A stretch of 64,000 bases of DNA from assembly GCA_017551665.1 (NCBI GenBank), contig JAFZLB010000104.1:9860-73859 (forward strand), written 5' to 3'. The notes under the pieces were generated by a model. It was not told the DNA's origin and did not search any database. It worked only from the letters and a program-made list of their open reading frames with translations. The first letter of the stretch is position 1. Every line of letters begins with the position of its first letter. Positions 1 to 7,978 of this stretch are shown here, in pieces. Source of the DNA: Lachnospiraceae bacterium (GTDB lineage: Bacteria; Bacillota; Clostridia; Lachnospirales; Lachnospiraceae). The translations under genes and the position numbers were made by a program.

Positions 1-36
1 GCTATCCATAGAAGCTCCTATCATAATCTTTAGACA

Positions 37-135
37 CTATTTTAGAATCCAAGATCCTCTTTTATCAGATCCTTTTCTTTCTATAAGCCCTTTGCTCTTT
101 AACGACGTCAGTGTTCGCTTTACTTGACTGGTACA
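37..135 (-). pseudogene. C-terminal remnant of a winged-helix DNA-binding protein (tail only)
   Basis: Only the last ~30 aa (QVKRTLTSLKSKGLIERKGSDKRGSWILK) look like a wHTH C-terminus. The upstream part of the ORF reads through promoter/operator repeats of the next gene. Confidence 0.25.
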
Positions 136-144
136 ATTTGCAGA

Positions 145-174
145 TTGACAAAAGTCCATATACTCGGATAAAAT
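145..174 (+). promoter_or_regulatory. sigma-A type promoter (TTGACA-18-TAAAAT) for the AAA ATPase gene
   Basis: TTGACA at 145-150 and TAAAAT at 169-174, about 100 nt upstream of the ATG at 275. Confidence 0.45.
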
Positions 175-248
175 ATAGCCAAATACTCGAATAAATGCAA
201 GCCAAGAGACCGGGTGAAAAACAGCCAAATACTCGGTTGAATACTCGG
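160..248. repeat. four copies of heptamer ATACTCG(G/A) (160, 183, 229, 241), operator-like
   Basis: Seen directly. Two copies are embedded in the longer repeat GCCAAATACTCG. Confidence 0.5.
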
Positions 249-274
249 CAAACATGCAAGGAGAAGGGTTTCTG

Positions 275-1546
275 ATGAAAGAATACTATCAAAGAGTATC
301 GGATGTGGTATTAACAGAACATCTGGAATCTAAAGGAGCGGTGCTGATAGAAGGCGCGAAGTGGTGCGGAAAGACGACGTCGGCAAAGCACATTGCTAAA
401 AGTATCATTGAGATGGACCGCCCGGACTTAACAGAACAATATAAGCAAATGGCACGAATAAAGCCTTCGAACCTTCTTGAGGGAGAAGTTCCTCATCTTA
501 TAGATGAATGGCAGATCGCCCCTAATATCTGGAATGCGGTACGGTATGAGGTGGACAGTCGGGCAGAATTTGGTCAGTTTATTCTTACAGGTTCATCAGT
601 GCCGGTAAAACTGAATGAGAGCATGCATACGGGAACAGGAAGAATTGTCCGTATGAGGATGCGTCCGATGTCGTTATTCGAATCTAAAGACTCTAACGGA
701 CAGGTATCTTTGATGGATATGTTTAACGGAAAAGACATATCTGCTACGGATGATCATACGATTGACGATATTGCATATTTGATATGCCGGGGAGGATGGC
801 CATCAGCGCTTAACCAAACAGAGAAAGTTGCGTTGAAGCAGGCGATAGATTATTATGACGCTGTTGTAAAAGATGATATTTCCAGAGTGGATGACGTAAA
901 GAGAGATCCCGAAAGAACAAAATGTTTGATGAGATCCTATGCCAGAAACGTTGCAACGCAGGTTTCACTGGAGACGATCCGAAATGATGTGATCAGCAAT
1001 GATATTGAGACGTTCGATAAAGAAACGCTGTATTCTTATTTAAGTGCCCTGACGAGAATCTTTGTGATTGAGGACGCACCGGCTTGGAATCCGAATCTGC
1101 GATCGAAGACTGCAATCAGAACTTCGGACACAAGGTATTTTGTTGATCCGTCTATCGCAGCCGCTTCATTGGGAATCGGGCCGAAAGATCTGGTGAATGA
1201 TCTGGAATATATGGGATTGATATTTGAAAATCTGTGTATCCGGGATCTGAGAGTATATGCGGATGCGTTGGATGGCAGTATTTATCATTACAGAGATAAG
1301 ACAGGTTTGGAATGTGATGCTGTTATTCACTTAAGAAATGGAAGATATGGTTTGGTCGAAGTGAAGCTTGGAGGAGATGAACTTATAGACGAGGGCGCAA
1401 AAAATCTCAAAAAACTCGCAGATAAAATCGATACCGGGAAGATGAAAACACCTGCATTTTTAATGGTCTTATGCGGAGTAGCACCCTTTGCTTATAAGCG
1501 GGAAGACGGAGTGTTTGTGGTTCCGATATCGTGTTTGAAAAACTAG
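275..1546 (+). CDS. AAA+ ATPase, DUF4143-type ATP-binding protein
   Basis: Walker A GAKWCGKTT near the N-terminus; ~420 aa architecture typical of the AAA_14/DUF4143 family. AAGGAGAAGGG SD precedes the ATG at 275 (the track ORF starts at 254). Confidence 0.75.
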   Translation: MKEYYQRVSDVVLTEHLESKGAVLIEGAKWCGKTTSAKHIAKSIIEMDRPDLTEQYKQMARIKPSNLLEGEVPHLIDEWQIAPNIWNAVRYEVDSRAEFGQFILTGSSVPVKLNESMHTGTGRIVRMRMRPMSLFESKDSNGQVSLMDMFNGKDISATDDHTIDDIAYLICRGGWPSALNQTEKVALKQAIDYYDAVVKDDISRVDDVKRDPERTKCLMRSYARNVATQVSLETIRNDVISNDIETFDKETLYSYLSALTRIFVIEDAPAWNPNLRSKTAIRTSDTRYFVDPSIAAASLGIGPKDLVNDLEYMGLIFENLCIRDLRVYADALDGSIYHYRDKTGLECDAVIHLRNGRYGLVEVKLGGDELIDEGAKNLKKLADKIDTGKMKTPAFLMVLCGVAPFAYKREDGVFVVPISCLKN

Positions 1547-1955
1547 ACGAAAAAAATATTGGAAGTAATAAAACGGAAGTATCAGTGAGGGACCAAGTAA
1601 ACTGAACAAATAAAAACGAAAATGATTGTCTTAAGAAGGGGAAAGAAATGGGGTTCAGAGTGCTTCGGTTCAATGCGACTGTTGAGAGCAATATATCATC
1701 GCTTTCGATGGTGCATCCGTTGAGATTATTGAAGAAGTGGCTGGCTGAACCAAGACAGATCACGAATGAAGAGGAAGGATGTTATATGGGGCGAATATGA
1801 ATGACTTTGAAGTGGCAATGATCATGGAAACCGGGGTTGGCCGGGAGTTTCTCTGCATGGTACAGGGGGACGGAAAACAGCAGATGTCGAGGATGTATAT
1901 TCACGGGTAAGCGAAAGCGAAAAAGTTTGCAACGATTCTTCAGCGCGATAAGCGC

Positions 1956-1984
1956 ATGACCATTCCCTGCGTGTCTGATATAAT
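1956..1984 (+). promoter_or_regulatory. possible promoter with extended -10 (TGaTATAAT)
   Basis: TGATATAAT at 1976-1984, weak -35 ATGACC at 1956-1961, about 60 nt upstream of the lipoprotein gene. Confidence 0.35.
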
Positions 1985-2044
1985 AGTGGAAGCCTTGGGA
2001 GAATGTATGGAATATCCGGAACAGTTTGAAAGGAGGATTCAGGA

Positions 2045-2614
2045 ATGAAGAAAACCGCGAAAATCACATTGGCGGTGCTTCTGTCCACGGCGGTTATGGC
2101 CGGGTGCGGGAAGGCGGAAGAGACAAAGAAGGAAGAGGCAAATCAGGCGGCAAGCGCCGCGGTGGAAGCATCCGCTGCGGAGGTGCAGGTGGGAATCGCA
2201 AATCCGTGGTCAGAGCTTTCCCTGCAGGAGATCGAAGAACGCATCGGGACAAGCGTGACGCTTCCGGAGGGTGCAGAAAACGTCCAATGCCTGTTTATGG
2301 AAGATGAGGGATTGGGTGAGATTGACTTTGATTACATGGGACGCAGCTGCACGTACCGGATGAAGAAGTCGGACAGTGAAGAAGATATCGCCGGGATGTA
2401 TTACGAGTGGAGCAGCGAGGAAAGCGTGCCGTTGTCCGACTGCAATGCGACCTATCAGACCTGCGAGGAAGACGGCGATTTCATCGAGCTTGCCACATGG
2501 TATAACGACAGCGAGAAAGTGATGTATTCTCTGAGCGCGGTGGGAGCAAAGGCCGAGGGATTTGATCTCCTGGACGTGGCCGGCGCGTTGTATGCTTCCG
2601 GCGAAGGGTTTTAG
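2045..2614 (+). CDS. small secreted lipoprotein, function unknown
   Basis: MKKTAKITLAVLLSTAVMAGCGK is a signal peptide plus lipobox (MAGC). GGAGG SD upstream. Confidence 0.7.
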   Translation: MKKTAKITLAVLLSTAVMAGCGKAEETKKEEANQAASAAVEASAAEVQVGIANPWSELSLQEIEERIGTSVTLPEGAENVQCLFMEDEGLGEIDFDYMGRSCTYRMKKSDSEEDIAGMYYEWSSEESVPLSDCNATYQTCEEDGDFIELATWYNDSEKVMYSLSAVGAKAEGFDLLDVAGALYASGEGF

Positions 2615-2645
2615 GATCTTCGTTTCGTGACGAAAAGGCCGGTCA

Positions 2646-2996
2646 ATGGATCCGACATTAAAAAACGAAATAAATAAGGATGCCCCGATGATTGAATGCG
2701 CGCTGCTGACCAAAAAGGCCATCCTCATTCGCGCGGGGTCCTGCTTTGAGGCGGTTCCCGTCAGGGACATTACGTATATCGGCCTGGAAATGGAAAGAAG
2801 GTATTCCAGGTATCCGATGCTGAATAAAGACTGGAATATCAGAATCGTTCAAAAGGATCAGTATGAGAGTGTCATCAATAATCTTTCCATCACCAAGAAC
2901 AAGAAGCCGGAGGAATATTTGCGGCGCATCGCCGAGTTTTACGAAAAAGCAGGTATTTCCGTACCGGTTTCCATATCCGAAAGAGATGACGGATAA
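2646..2996 (+). CDS. hypothetical protein
   Basis: 116-aa ORF with protein-like composition, fits the gap between neighbours. No recognisable motif. Confidence 0.4.
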   Translation: MDPTLKNEINKDAPMIECALLTKKAILIRAGSCFEAVPVRDITYIGLEMERRYSRYPMLNKDWNIRIVQKDQYESVINNLSITKNKKPEEYLRRIAEFYEKAGISVPVSISERDDG

Positions 2997-3049
2997 AGGG
3001 TGGCCCGGGGCGGTTGACCGCGTGCATCGTTTATTGTAGAGTAGATAGC

Positions 3050-4156
3050 ATGAGCAAGGACAAGCGGATTCTCTGGACGGTGATTGCGGTCGTGATCGCG
3101 ATCATGTCCATAATTGCCGTGCGCGCCAACAGCGGCGGCGTCACGTTCGAAGAGACCATGGAGCTGCTGAGGAACGCCTCGCCCCTCTGGATGGCGATGG
3201 CGGTGCTCTGCATGCTCGGCTATATCGTCTTTGAGGCCATGTCCCTGAAGTTTCTGCTGGCCGGCGCGGGGTACCGGCGGCCGCTCATCAAGAACATTCT
3301 GTACAGTGCCGGGGACGTGTATTTTTCGGCGATCACGCCCTCCGCTTCCGGCGGACAGCCGGCGACGGCGGTGCTGATGGTCATGGACAAAATCCCGGGC
3401 GCCGTGGTCACGGTGATCCTGATCGCCAATCTGGTGCTTTACACCTCCGCCATCGTGGTGATCGGCATCTTCTGCCTGATTGTTCGCGCCCGCGTGTTCA
3501 TGCACTTCAGTCTGTTTTCCAAGATTCTGATAATCGGCTCCCTGATTGTGCTCATGGTGCTGACGGTGCTGCTGTACGGATTGTTGCGCAGGGGCAGCAT
3601 TTTGAAAAACATGGGGCATCGCCTGATCGCGTTTTTGACCAAAATCCATCTCATGCATCATCCGGAAAAATGGCAGGCCAGGCTGGATAAGATGGTGGGG
3701 GATTACCAAAAGTGCGCGGATCTGCTGGCGGGAAAGAAGAGCGTGATCTGGAGCGCGTTTTTTTGCAACCTTCTGCAGCGGGCGTCGCAGATCACCGTGT
3801 CCCTGATGGTGTTCTACGCGCTGCGCGGCCATGAGGCCAGGAGCCTGTCGCTTTGGGCGGTGCAGGCCTTTGCGCAGGTGGGTTCCAACGTGGTGCCGAT
3901 TCCCGGCGGCATGGGGCTGGCGGATTATCTGATGCTGGACGGTTTTGCCGGCATGTTTCCGCGGGAATACGCGTTTCAGCTGGGCATCATTTCCCGCGCG
4001 CTGTCCTTTTACACCTGTGCGATCCTCTGCGCGGTAATCGCGATGATCGGTTATCTCCTGCTGCGCAGACACGGCGCGGAGACGGCGGAGGAAGCAATGG
4101 AAGAAGTCAAACAGGCGTCCATGCCTGCGGAGGAACAGAATGATAGGGATTTATAA
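3050..4156 (+). CDS. flippase-like / lysyl-phosphatidylglycerol-synthase transmembrane-domain protein (UPF0104 type)
   Basis: Polytopic membrane protein. ITPSASGGQP and overall pattern resemble the MprF N-terminal (PF03706-type) domain. Start taken at MSKDKRILW. Confidence 0.65.
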   Translation: MSKDKRILWTVIAVVIAIMSIIAVRANSGGVTFEETMELLRNASPLWMAMAVLCMLGYIVFEAMSLKFLLAGAGYRRPLIKNILYSAGDVYFSAITPSASGGQPATAVLMVMDKIPGAVVTVILIANLVLYTSAIVVIGIFCLIVRARVFMHFSLFSKILIIGSLIVLMVLTVLLYGLLRRGSILKNMGHRLIAFLTKIHLMHHPEKWQARLDKMVGDYQKCADLLAGKKSVIWSAFFCNLLQRASQITVSLMVFYALRGHEARSLSLWAVQAFAQVGSNVVPIPGGMGLADYLMLDGFAGMFPREYAFQLGIISRALSFYTCAILCAVIAMIGYLLLRRHGAETAEEAMEEVKQASMPAEEQNDRDL

Positions 4157-4814
4157 CTATACGGTCATACTGACCTATGTGGGGATGGTGGTTGCCTTTG
4201 CCGGGATTTCCTGGACCATCGACGGGCGGAGCACCCTCGGTGTCATCTGCCTGCTGGTGGCGGGGCTCTGTGATATGTTTGACGGCGCGGTGGCCAACAC
4301 AAGGGAGCGCACCAAGCAGGAAAAACGCTTCGGGATTCAGATTGATTCTCTCTCGGATCTGATCAGCTTCGGCGTGTTGCCGGTGGTGATTGCGCTGCGG
4401 GAAATTCCCTTCGACAAGATCACGTCCACCAGCTCCGGCATTTATCTGCTTTGTGCCCTGATCCGCCTCGCGTATTTCAACGTCAGCGAGGAGGAACGCC
4501 AGGACACCGAGGAAGGACAGCGGGAGTACTATTACGGACTGCCGGTCACGATGTCCGCGATCATCATTCCCATCACCTACGGACTCGCGCGGTGGACCAA
4601 TGTGCGGATGCGCTTTGTCTGGCCGGGGCTTTTGCTCTTTATCGCCATTCTGTTCATTTCGCCCTTCAAGGTGAAGAAGCTGCATTTCTTCAAATCGCAG
4701 GCGGCGGAGTCCAGGAGGATGGCCAGGGAGTACGCGAGGAAAAAACGGCTGGCGGAAAAAAACAACACTGCGCCGGCAGAGGATGAGAACGAGGATGAAA
4801 ACCGTCCGGATTGA
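4140..4814 (+). CDS. pssA: CDP-diacylglycerol--serine O-phosphatidyltransferase (CDP-alcohol phosphatidyltransferase family)
   Basis: Motif DMFDGAVANTRERTKQEKRFGIQIDSLSDLISFG matches DGx2ARx8Gx3Dx3D. Multi-TM; overlaps the upstream gene by 17 nt. Confidence 0.8.
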   Translation: MIGIYNYTVILTYVGMVVAFAGISWTIDGRSTLGVICLLVAGLCDMFDGAVANTRERTKQEKRFGIQIDSLSDLISFGVLPVVIALREIPFDKITSTSSGIYLLCALIRLAYFNVSEEERQDTEEGQREYYYGLPVTMSAIIIPITYGLARWTNVRMRFVWPGLLLFIAILFISPFKVKKLHFFKSQAAESRRMAREYARKKRLAEKNNTAPAEDENEDENRPD

Positions 4815-4832
4815 GACAGGAAGGGGAAGGCC

Positions 4833-5699
4833 GTGGTGACATTTTTATACCGTACCCGTACGGGACATCTGCTGCTTCGTCTGATGCGGTTTTTGCGCGC
4901 GGACAAACTGACGGTGCTCTTTCTGCGTTCGGGGATTTCCCGGCTGATGATTCCGTCGATGATCCGTCGGCGGCGGATGGACCGCTCCCTGTTCGCGGAA
5001 GAGACGTTCAAAAGCTGGCGCGATTTCTTTTTGCGACATAAAAAGGAGCTTGTGTTTGACGCGGAGGAGACGCATCTGGTCAGCCCCTGCGACGGACTGC
5101 TTTCCGCGTACCGCATCCGGAAGGACGGGACGCTCCGGATCAAGGGCAGGCGGTATACGCTGGAGGAGCTGCTGACGCACCACACGGATTTCGCGAAAGG
5201 CTCCCGTGTGCCGCGTGTCCGCAGGGACGCGGACAGGACAGCTTCCGCCGTTGCGTCCTTTGAGGGCGGCTGCGCGCTGGTGCTGCGCCTGACGACTGCG
5301 GATTATCATCATTATCATTACTTCGACGACTGTGTGCAGCACGCGCATTCCTATATCGAAGGCGAATTGTACAGCGTGCAGCCGGAAGCGCTTCGCGCGT
5401 ATCCGGTCTTTGCCGTCAACCGGCGGAGCGTGAGCCTTCTGGAGACGGAGCATTTCGGCCGTGTCATCCAGATGGAGGTCGGTGCCTTCGCGGTGGGCGG
5501 GATTGTCAATCATTTCGACGAGGGCCGTCATGCCCGCGGCGAAGAGAAAGGGCACTTTGATCTTTGCGGTTCCACGATCGTGCTGCTGTTTGAAAAGGAC
5601 GTGCTGCGGCTGAACGCGGACTTCCGCGAGGCGGTTTCCCGCGGGCAGGAGATTCGCGTGCGGACGGGGGAGAAGATCGGGGTTGCCCGGCAGGGTTGA
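4833..5699 (+). CDS. psd: phosphatidylserine decarboxylase proenzyme
   Basis: LVSPCDG, DYHHYH and the self-cleavage-type GST motif (FDLCGSTIVLLF). GTG start after GGAAGG. Confidence 0.8.
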   Translation: MVTFLYRTRTGHLLLRLMRFLRADKLTVLFLRSGISRLMIPSMIRRRRMDRSLFAEETFKSWRDFFLRHKKELVFDAEETHLVSPCDGLLSAYRIRKDGTLRIKGRRYTLEELLTHHTDFAKGSRVPRVRRDADRTASAVASFEGGCALVLRLTTADYHHYHYFDDCVQHAHSYIEGELYSVQPEALRAYPVFAVNRRSVSLLETEHFGRVIQMEVGAFAVGGIVNHFDEGRHARGEEKGHFDLCGSTIVLLFEKDVLRLNADFREAVSRGQEIRVRTGEKIGVARQG

Positions 5700-5724
5700 A
5701 AAAAAGCGTGGAATAGCGTAGAAT
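5696..5724 (+). promoter_or_regulatory. promoter TTGAAA-17-TAGAAT for the tRNA cluster
   Basis: TTGAAA at 5696-5701 overlaps the psd stop codon; TAGAAT at 5719-5724. Confidence 0.5.
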
Positions 5725-5734
5725 AGGTGAGTTA

Positions 5735-5861
5735 CTCGTAAGTGCGCGGTATGCCGGAGCTTCGCTCCGTCATCCCCGCGGCTTCGCCGCATGGAGCAGA
5801 TACACTCCGTAAGTGCCCGGTATGCCGGAGCTTCGCTCCGTCATCCCCGCGGCTTCGCCGC
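5735..5861 (+). repeat. two ~56-nt direct repeat units in the tRNA leader, each with two 5-bp/TTC-loop hairpins
   Basis: Units at 5735-5790 and 5805-5861 are nearly identical (..GTAAGTGC[G/C]CGGTATGCCGGAGCTTCGCTCCGTCATCCCCGCGGCTTCGCCGC). Confidence 0.7.
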
Positions 5862-5946
5862 TTATGCCCGGCCACTCGCTCCCGCCGCTGCAAGCGAGCT
5901 TGCGCGTCGGCAACGGATGTCCGGTCGCACTTACTCATTCACACGC

Positions 5947-6020
<74 letters not shown>

Positions 6021-6022
6021 GC

Positions 6023-6096
6023 GGACCCTTAGCTCAGTTGGTTAGAGCAGTCGGCTCATAACCGATCGGTCCCGGGTTCGAGTCCCTGAGGGTCCA
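6023..6096 (+). tRNA. tRNA with CAT anticodon (Met by anticodon; acceptor stem resembles lysidine-type tRNA-Ile2)
   Basis: Acceptor GGACCCT/AGGGTCC, anticodon loop CTCATAA. Not initiator-like: G1-C72 pair and no GGG/CCC anticodon stem. Confidence 0.85.
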
Positions 6097-6097
6097 C

Positions 6098-6181
6098 GCC
6101 GGCATGGCGGAATTGGCAGACGCAAGGGACTTAAAATCCCTCGGGCGCAAGCCCGTACCGGTTCAAGTCCGGTTGCCGGCA
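6098..6181 (+). tRNA. tRNA-Leu (anticodon TAA), long variable arm
   Basis: Acceptor GCCGGCA/TGCCGGC, anticodon loop CTTAAAA, variable arm CGGGCGCAAGCCCG. Confidence 0.9.
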
Positions 6182-6188
6182 GACGGAA

Positions 6189-6220
6189 GGCTTCGCGGAG
6201 AAAGACGCCGCGGAGCCTTT
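6189..6220 (+). terminator. possible terminator after the tRNA cluster
   Basis: GGCTTCGCGG-9 nt-CCGCGGAGCC (one G.T pair) followed by TTT. Short U tract. Confidence 0.4.
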
Positions 6221-6305
6221 CGCGTTGCGTATGCCACAGACCGCCGCCGTCTTTTGTGATACACTCATGTCACAAGACCAGTTTTCGAAGCGAAAGGAGT
6301 CCGCC

Positions 6306-6947
6306 ATGACCGATCACATCACAATCAACGTACAGTCCAGTATCCGCATCGAAGCAAAGCGCCAGGTGATTTACTTCGACCCGATTCAGATCGAGGACGA
6401 GGCACATGACGCCGATCTGATTTTCCTGACCCATAATCATTCCGATCATTTTGACCCGGAGTGCGTCAATAAGCTGTTCAAGGGCAATAACGAAACCTAC
6501 ATCGTCTGTCCGCTGGAGATGCGGGACGAGATTCAGCAAAAGACCGTGGTGGAGCATAATGACATCGTGCCGCTGCGCCCGGGCGATGCGCTGAAGCTCA
6601 ACGGCTTTCCTGTCGAAGCGGTGCGCGCCTATAACATCGGCAAGGAGTTTCATCCGAAGGAAAATAACTGGCTGGGCTATGTTGTCACCGTGAACGGTGA
6701 GCGCATCTACGTCACGGGAGATACCGATGTGACGGAGGACGCCAAGGCGGTGAAGTGTGACATCGCGATTGTGCCCGTCGGCGGCAAATACACGATGACG
6801 GCGGAAGAAGCCGCGGCGCTGGTCAATGAGATCAAACCGAAGACCGCCATCCCCTGCCACTACGGCTTCGCCGTGGGCAGCGTGGTGGACGCGCAGTCCT
6901 TTGTTTCCCAGGTGAATGACGCCATCGCTACTGAAATCAAGTATTAG
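6306..6947 (+). CDS. MBL-fold metallo-hydrolase
   Basis: LIFLTHNHSDHFD (HxHxDH motif). AGGAG SD before the ATG at 6306. Confidence 0.8.
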   Translation: MTDHITINVQSSIRIEAKRQVIYFDPIQIEDEAHDADLIFLTHNHSDHFDPECVNKLFKGNNETYIVCPLEMRDEIQQKTVVEHNDIVPLRPGDALKLNGFPVEAVRAYNIGKEFHPKENNWLGYVVTVNGERIYVTGDTDVTEDAKAVKCDIAIVPVGGKYTMTAEEAAALVNEIKPKTAIPCHYGFAVGSVVDAQSFVSQVNDAIATEIKY

Positions 6948-6982
6948 TGCAAGGGCGGGGCCGGCGCGCCCCGGACGAAACG

Positions 6983-7489
6983 ATGCTGCATCTGTACGAC
7001 GCATTCCCGGACGGTATGGACCGGGGAGAGGCGGATGTAACGGTCCGGGTACGGATGCTCAATATCAACTACGATCACAACCGAGCGCTGATGGAAGCGT
7101 GTAAACCGCTTTCGGAATACGCCTGGTTTGTTGAAAAGGTCCGCACGCTCAGTAAAACAGCGGATCTGGAGACGGCGATCGACAATGCCTTAAACGACAT
7201 GCCGAAGGGATTTGAGATCAGGGAATACCTGACCGGAAACAGGGCGGAGGTGAAGATGGATTTCTTAACAGAATACAACGAAGCCGAAGTGATGGCATAC
7301 CTCAGGGAAGAAGCCATTGAAATGGGAAGAGAAAAAGGAATAGCAGAAGGAAGAGCAGAAGGAAGAGCAGAAGGAAGAGCAGAAGGAAGAGAAGACATGA
7401 TCCAAAAATTCACAGCCTTCTTTATGCAGGAGAATCCTTCGCTGAGCAGGGAGGCCGCATTGGAACGCGTCAGAGCGATTGCGGAGTAA
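6983..7489 (+). CDS. hypothetical protein resembling only the C-terminal half of Rpn/PD-(D/E)XK-type putative transposase proteins; probably truncated
   Basis: MLNINYDHNRALMEACKPLSEYAWFVEKVR...EYNEAEVMAYLREE pattern recalled from multi-copy Clostridia proteins. No nuclease N-domain present. Start uncertain. Confidence 0.35.
   Translation: MLHLYDAFPDGMDRGEADVTVRVRMLNINYDHNRALMEACKPLSEYAWFVEKVRTLSKTADLETAIDNALNDMPKGFEIREYLTGNRAEVKMDFLTEYNEAEVMAYLREEAIEMGREKGIAEGRAEGRAEGRAEGREDMIQKFTAFFMQENPSLSREAALERVRAIAE
7343..7390 (+). repeat. perfect 12-bp x4 tandem repeat GCAGAAGGAAGA (encodes AEGR x4)
   Basis: Seen directly inside the ORF above. Confidence 0.9.
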
Positions 7490-7552
7490 TACGGCATAAC
7501 GCCGCTTCCTTTCGATCAGCTTTCCCGTACCGAGACCGGCGGGGGCGCAAAC

Positions 7553-7581
7553 TTGAAGGATTTTCCGCAGTAGTGTATAAT
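7553..7581 (+). promoter_or_regulatory. promoter TTGAAG-17-TATAAT for the TA operon
   Basis: -10 TATAAT at 7576-7581 lies inside direct-repeat copy 1. Confidence 0.45.
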
Positions 7582-7603
7582 CACAGCGTTGGTGCAGGGA
7601 GGC
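7559..7603 (+). repeat. direct repeat copy 1 (45 nt) flanking the TA cassette
   Basis: GATTTTCCGCAGTAGTGTATAATCACAGCGTTGGTGCAGGGAGGC; 42/45 identical to 8375-8418. Confidence 0.85.
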
Positions 7604-7684
7604 ACCCGACGGCAAGTCAAAATCATATTTTATCTTCATTCGACACAAAGGCATGTTGTTTTAGTAATGTCGCAGGAGGCGCAA

Positions 7685-7978
7685 ATGACACTTCAGCAGG
7701 AAGCATATCGGAGAATTGACCGGATGTCTGACAATGCGATCCGGCTGTTTTTGGATATGGCAGACAGGATGCAGTTCATGACGGTATCAGATTTTGACAA
7801 GGGTAAAAAGGAAACGGATGAAATGCCCATGACATCTGATATTGTTGATACGATTGATGTGGAATGTCTGGAGTTGATGTCAAAAGAAGAAAAAAAAGCC
7901 TTGTTCCTGCGTTCCAGGGGGAATATGCGCATTGATTCAGAGGCAATCGCAAGCATGCGTGAGAGGAGCATGATTTGA
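7685..7978 (+). CDS. putative antitoxin of a VapBC-like type II TA pair
   Basis: Small acidic ORF. AGGAGG 5 nt before the ATG at 7685. Its stop overlaps the toxin start (TTGA). Confidence 0.55.
   Translation: MTLQQEAYRRIDRMSDNAIRLFLDMADRMQFMTVSDFDKGKKETDEMPMTSDIVDTIDVECLELMSKEEKKALFLRSRGNMRIDSEAIASMRERSMI

Noticed and set aside
2939-4072. 377-aa minus-strand ORF, plus similar long antisense ORFs at 13146-14723, 20531-21991, 25027-26145, 25704-27164, 29819-30886, 34495-35475 and 49312-50628.
   Set aside because: Each lies opposite a confidently identified gene (flippase-like, GGDEF, plsX, smc, ftsY, DUF2156, surface proteins). Each has an R/H/G/P-rich composition with no recognisable motif. 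They are GC-driven shadow ORFs.
5180-5290. GC-rich, Arg/Ala-rich stretch inside psd (PRVRRDADRTASAVASFEGG) as a possible insertion or frameshift.
   Set aside because: The frame stays open and the flanking psd motifs (LVSPCDG upstream; DYHHYH and GST downstream) are in the same frame. It is more likely a variable loop.
6254-6275. TTGTGA-N10-TCACAA inverted repeat upstream of the MBL hydrolase as a second CRP/FNR site.
   Set aside because: The spacing is N10 between hexamers rather than TGTGA-N6-TCACA, so it does not fit the family consensus. It may be an unrelated operator or chance.
6947-7489. The Rpn-like ORF as an active mobile element.
   Set aside because: It has no terminal inverted repeats and no intact nuclease domain. 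Only a C-terminal-like fragment is present.
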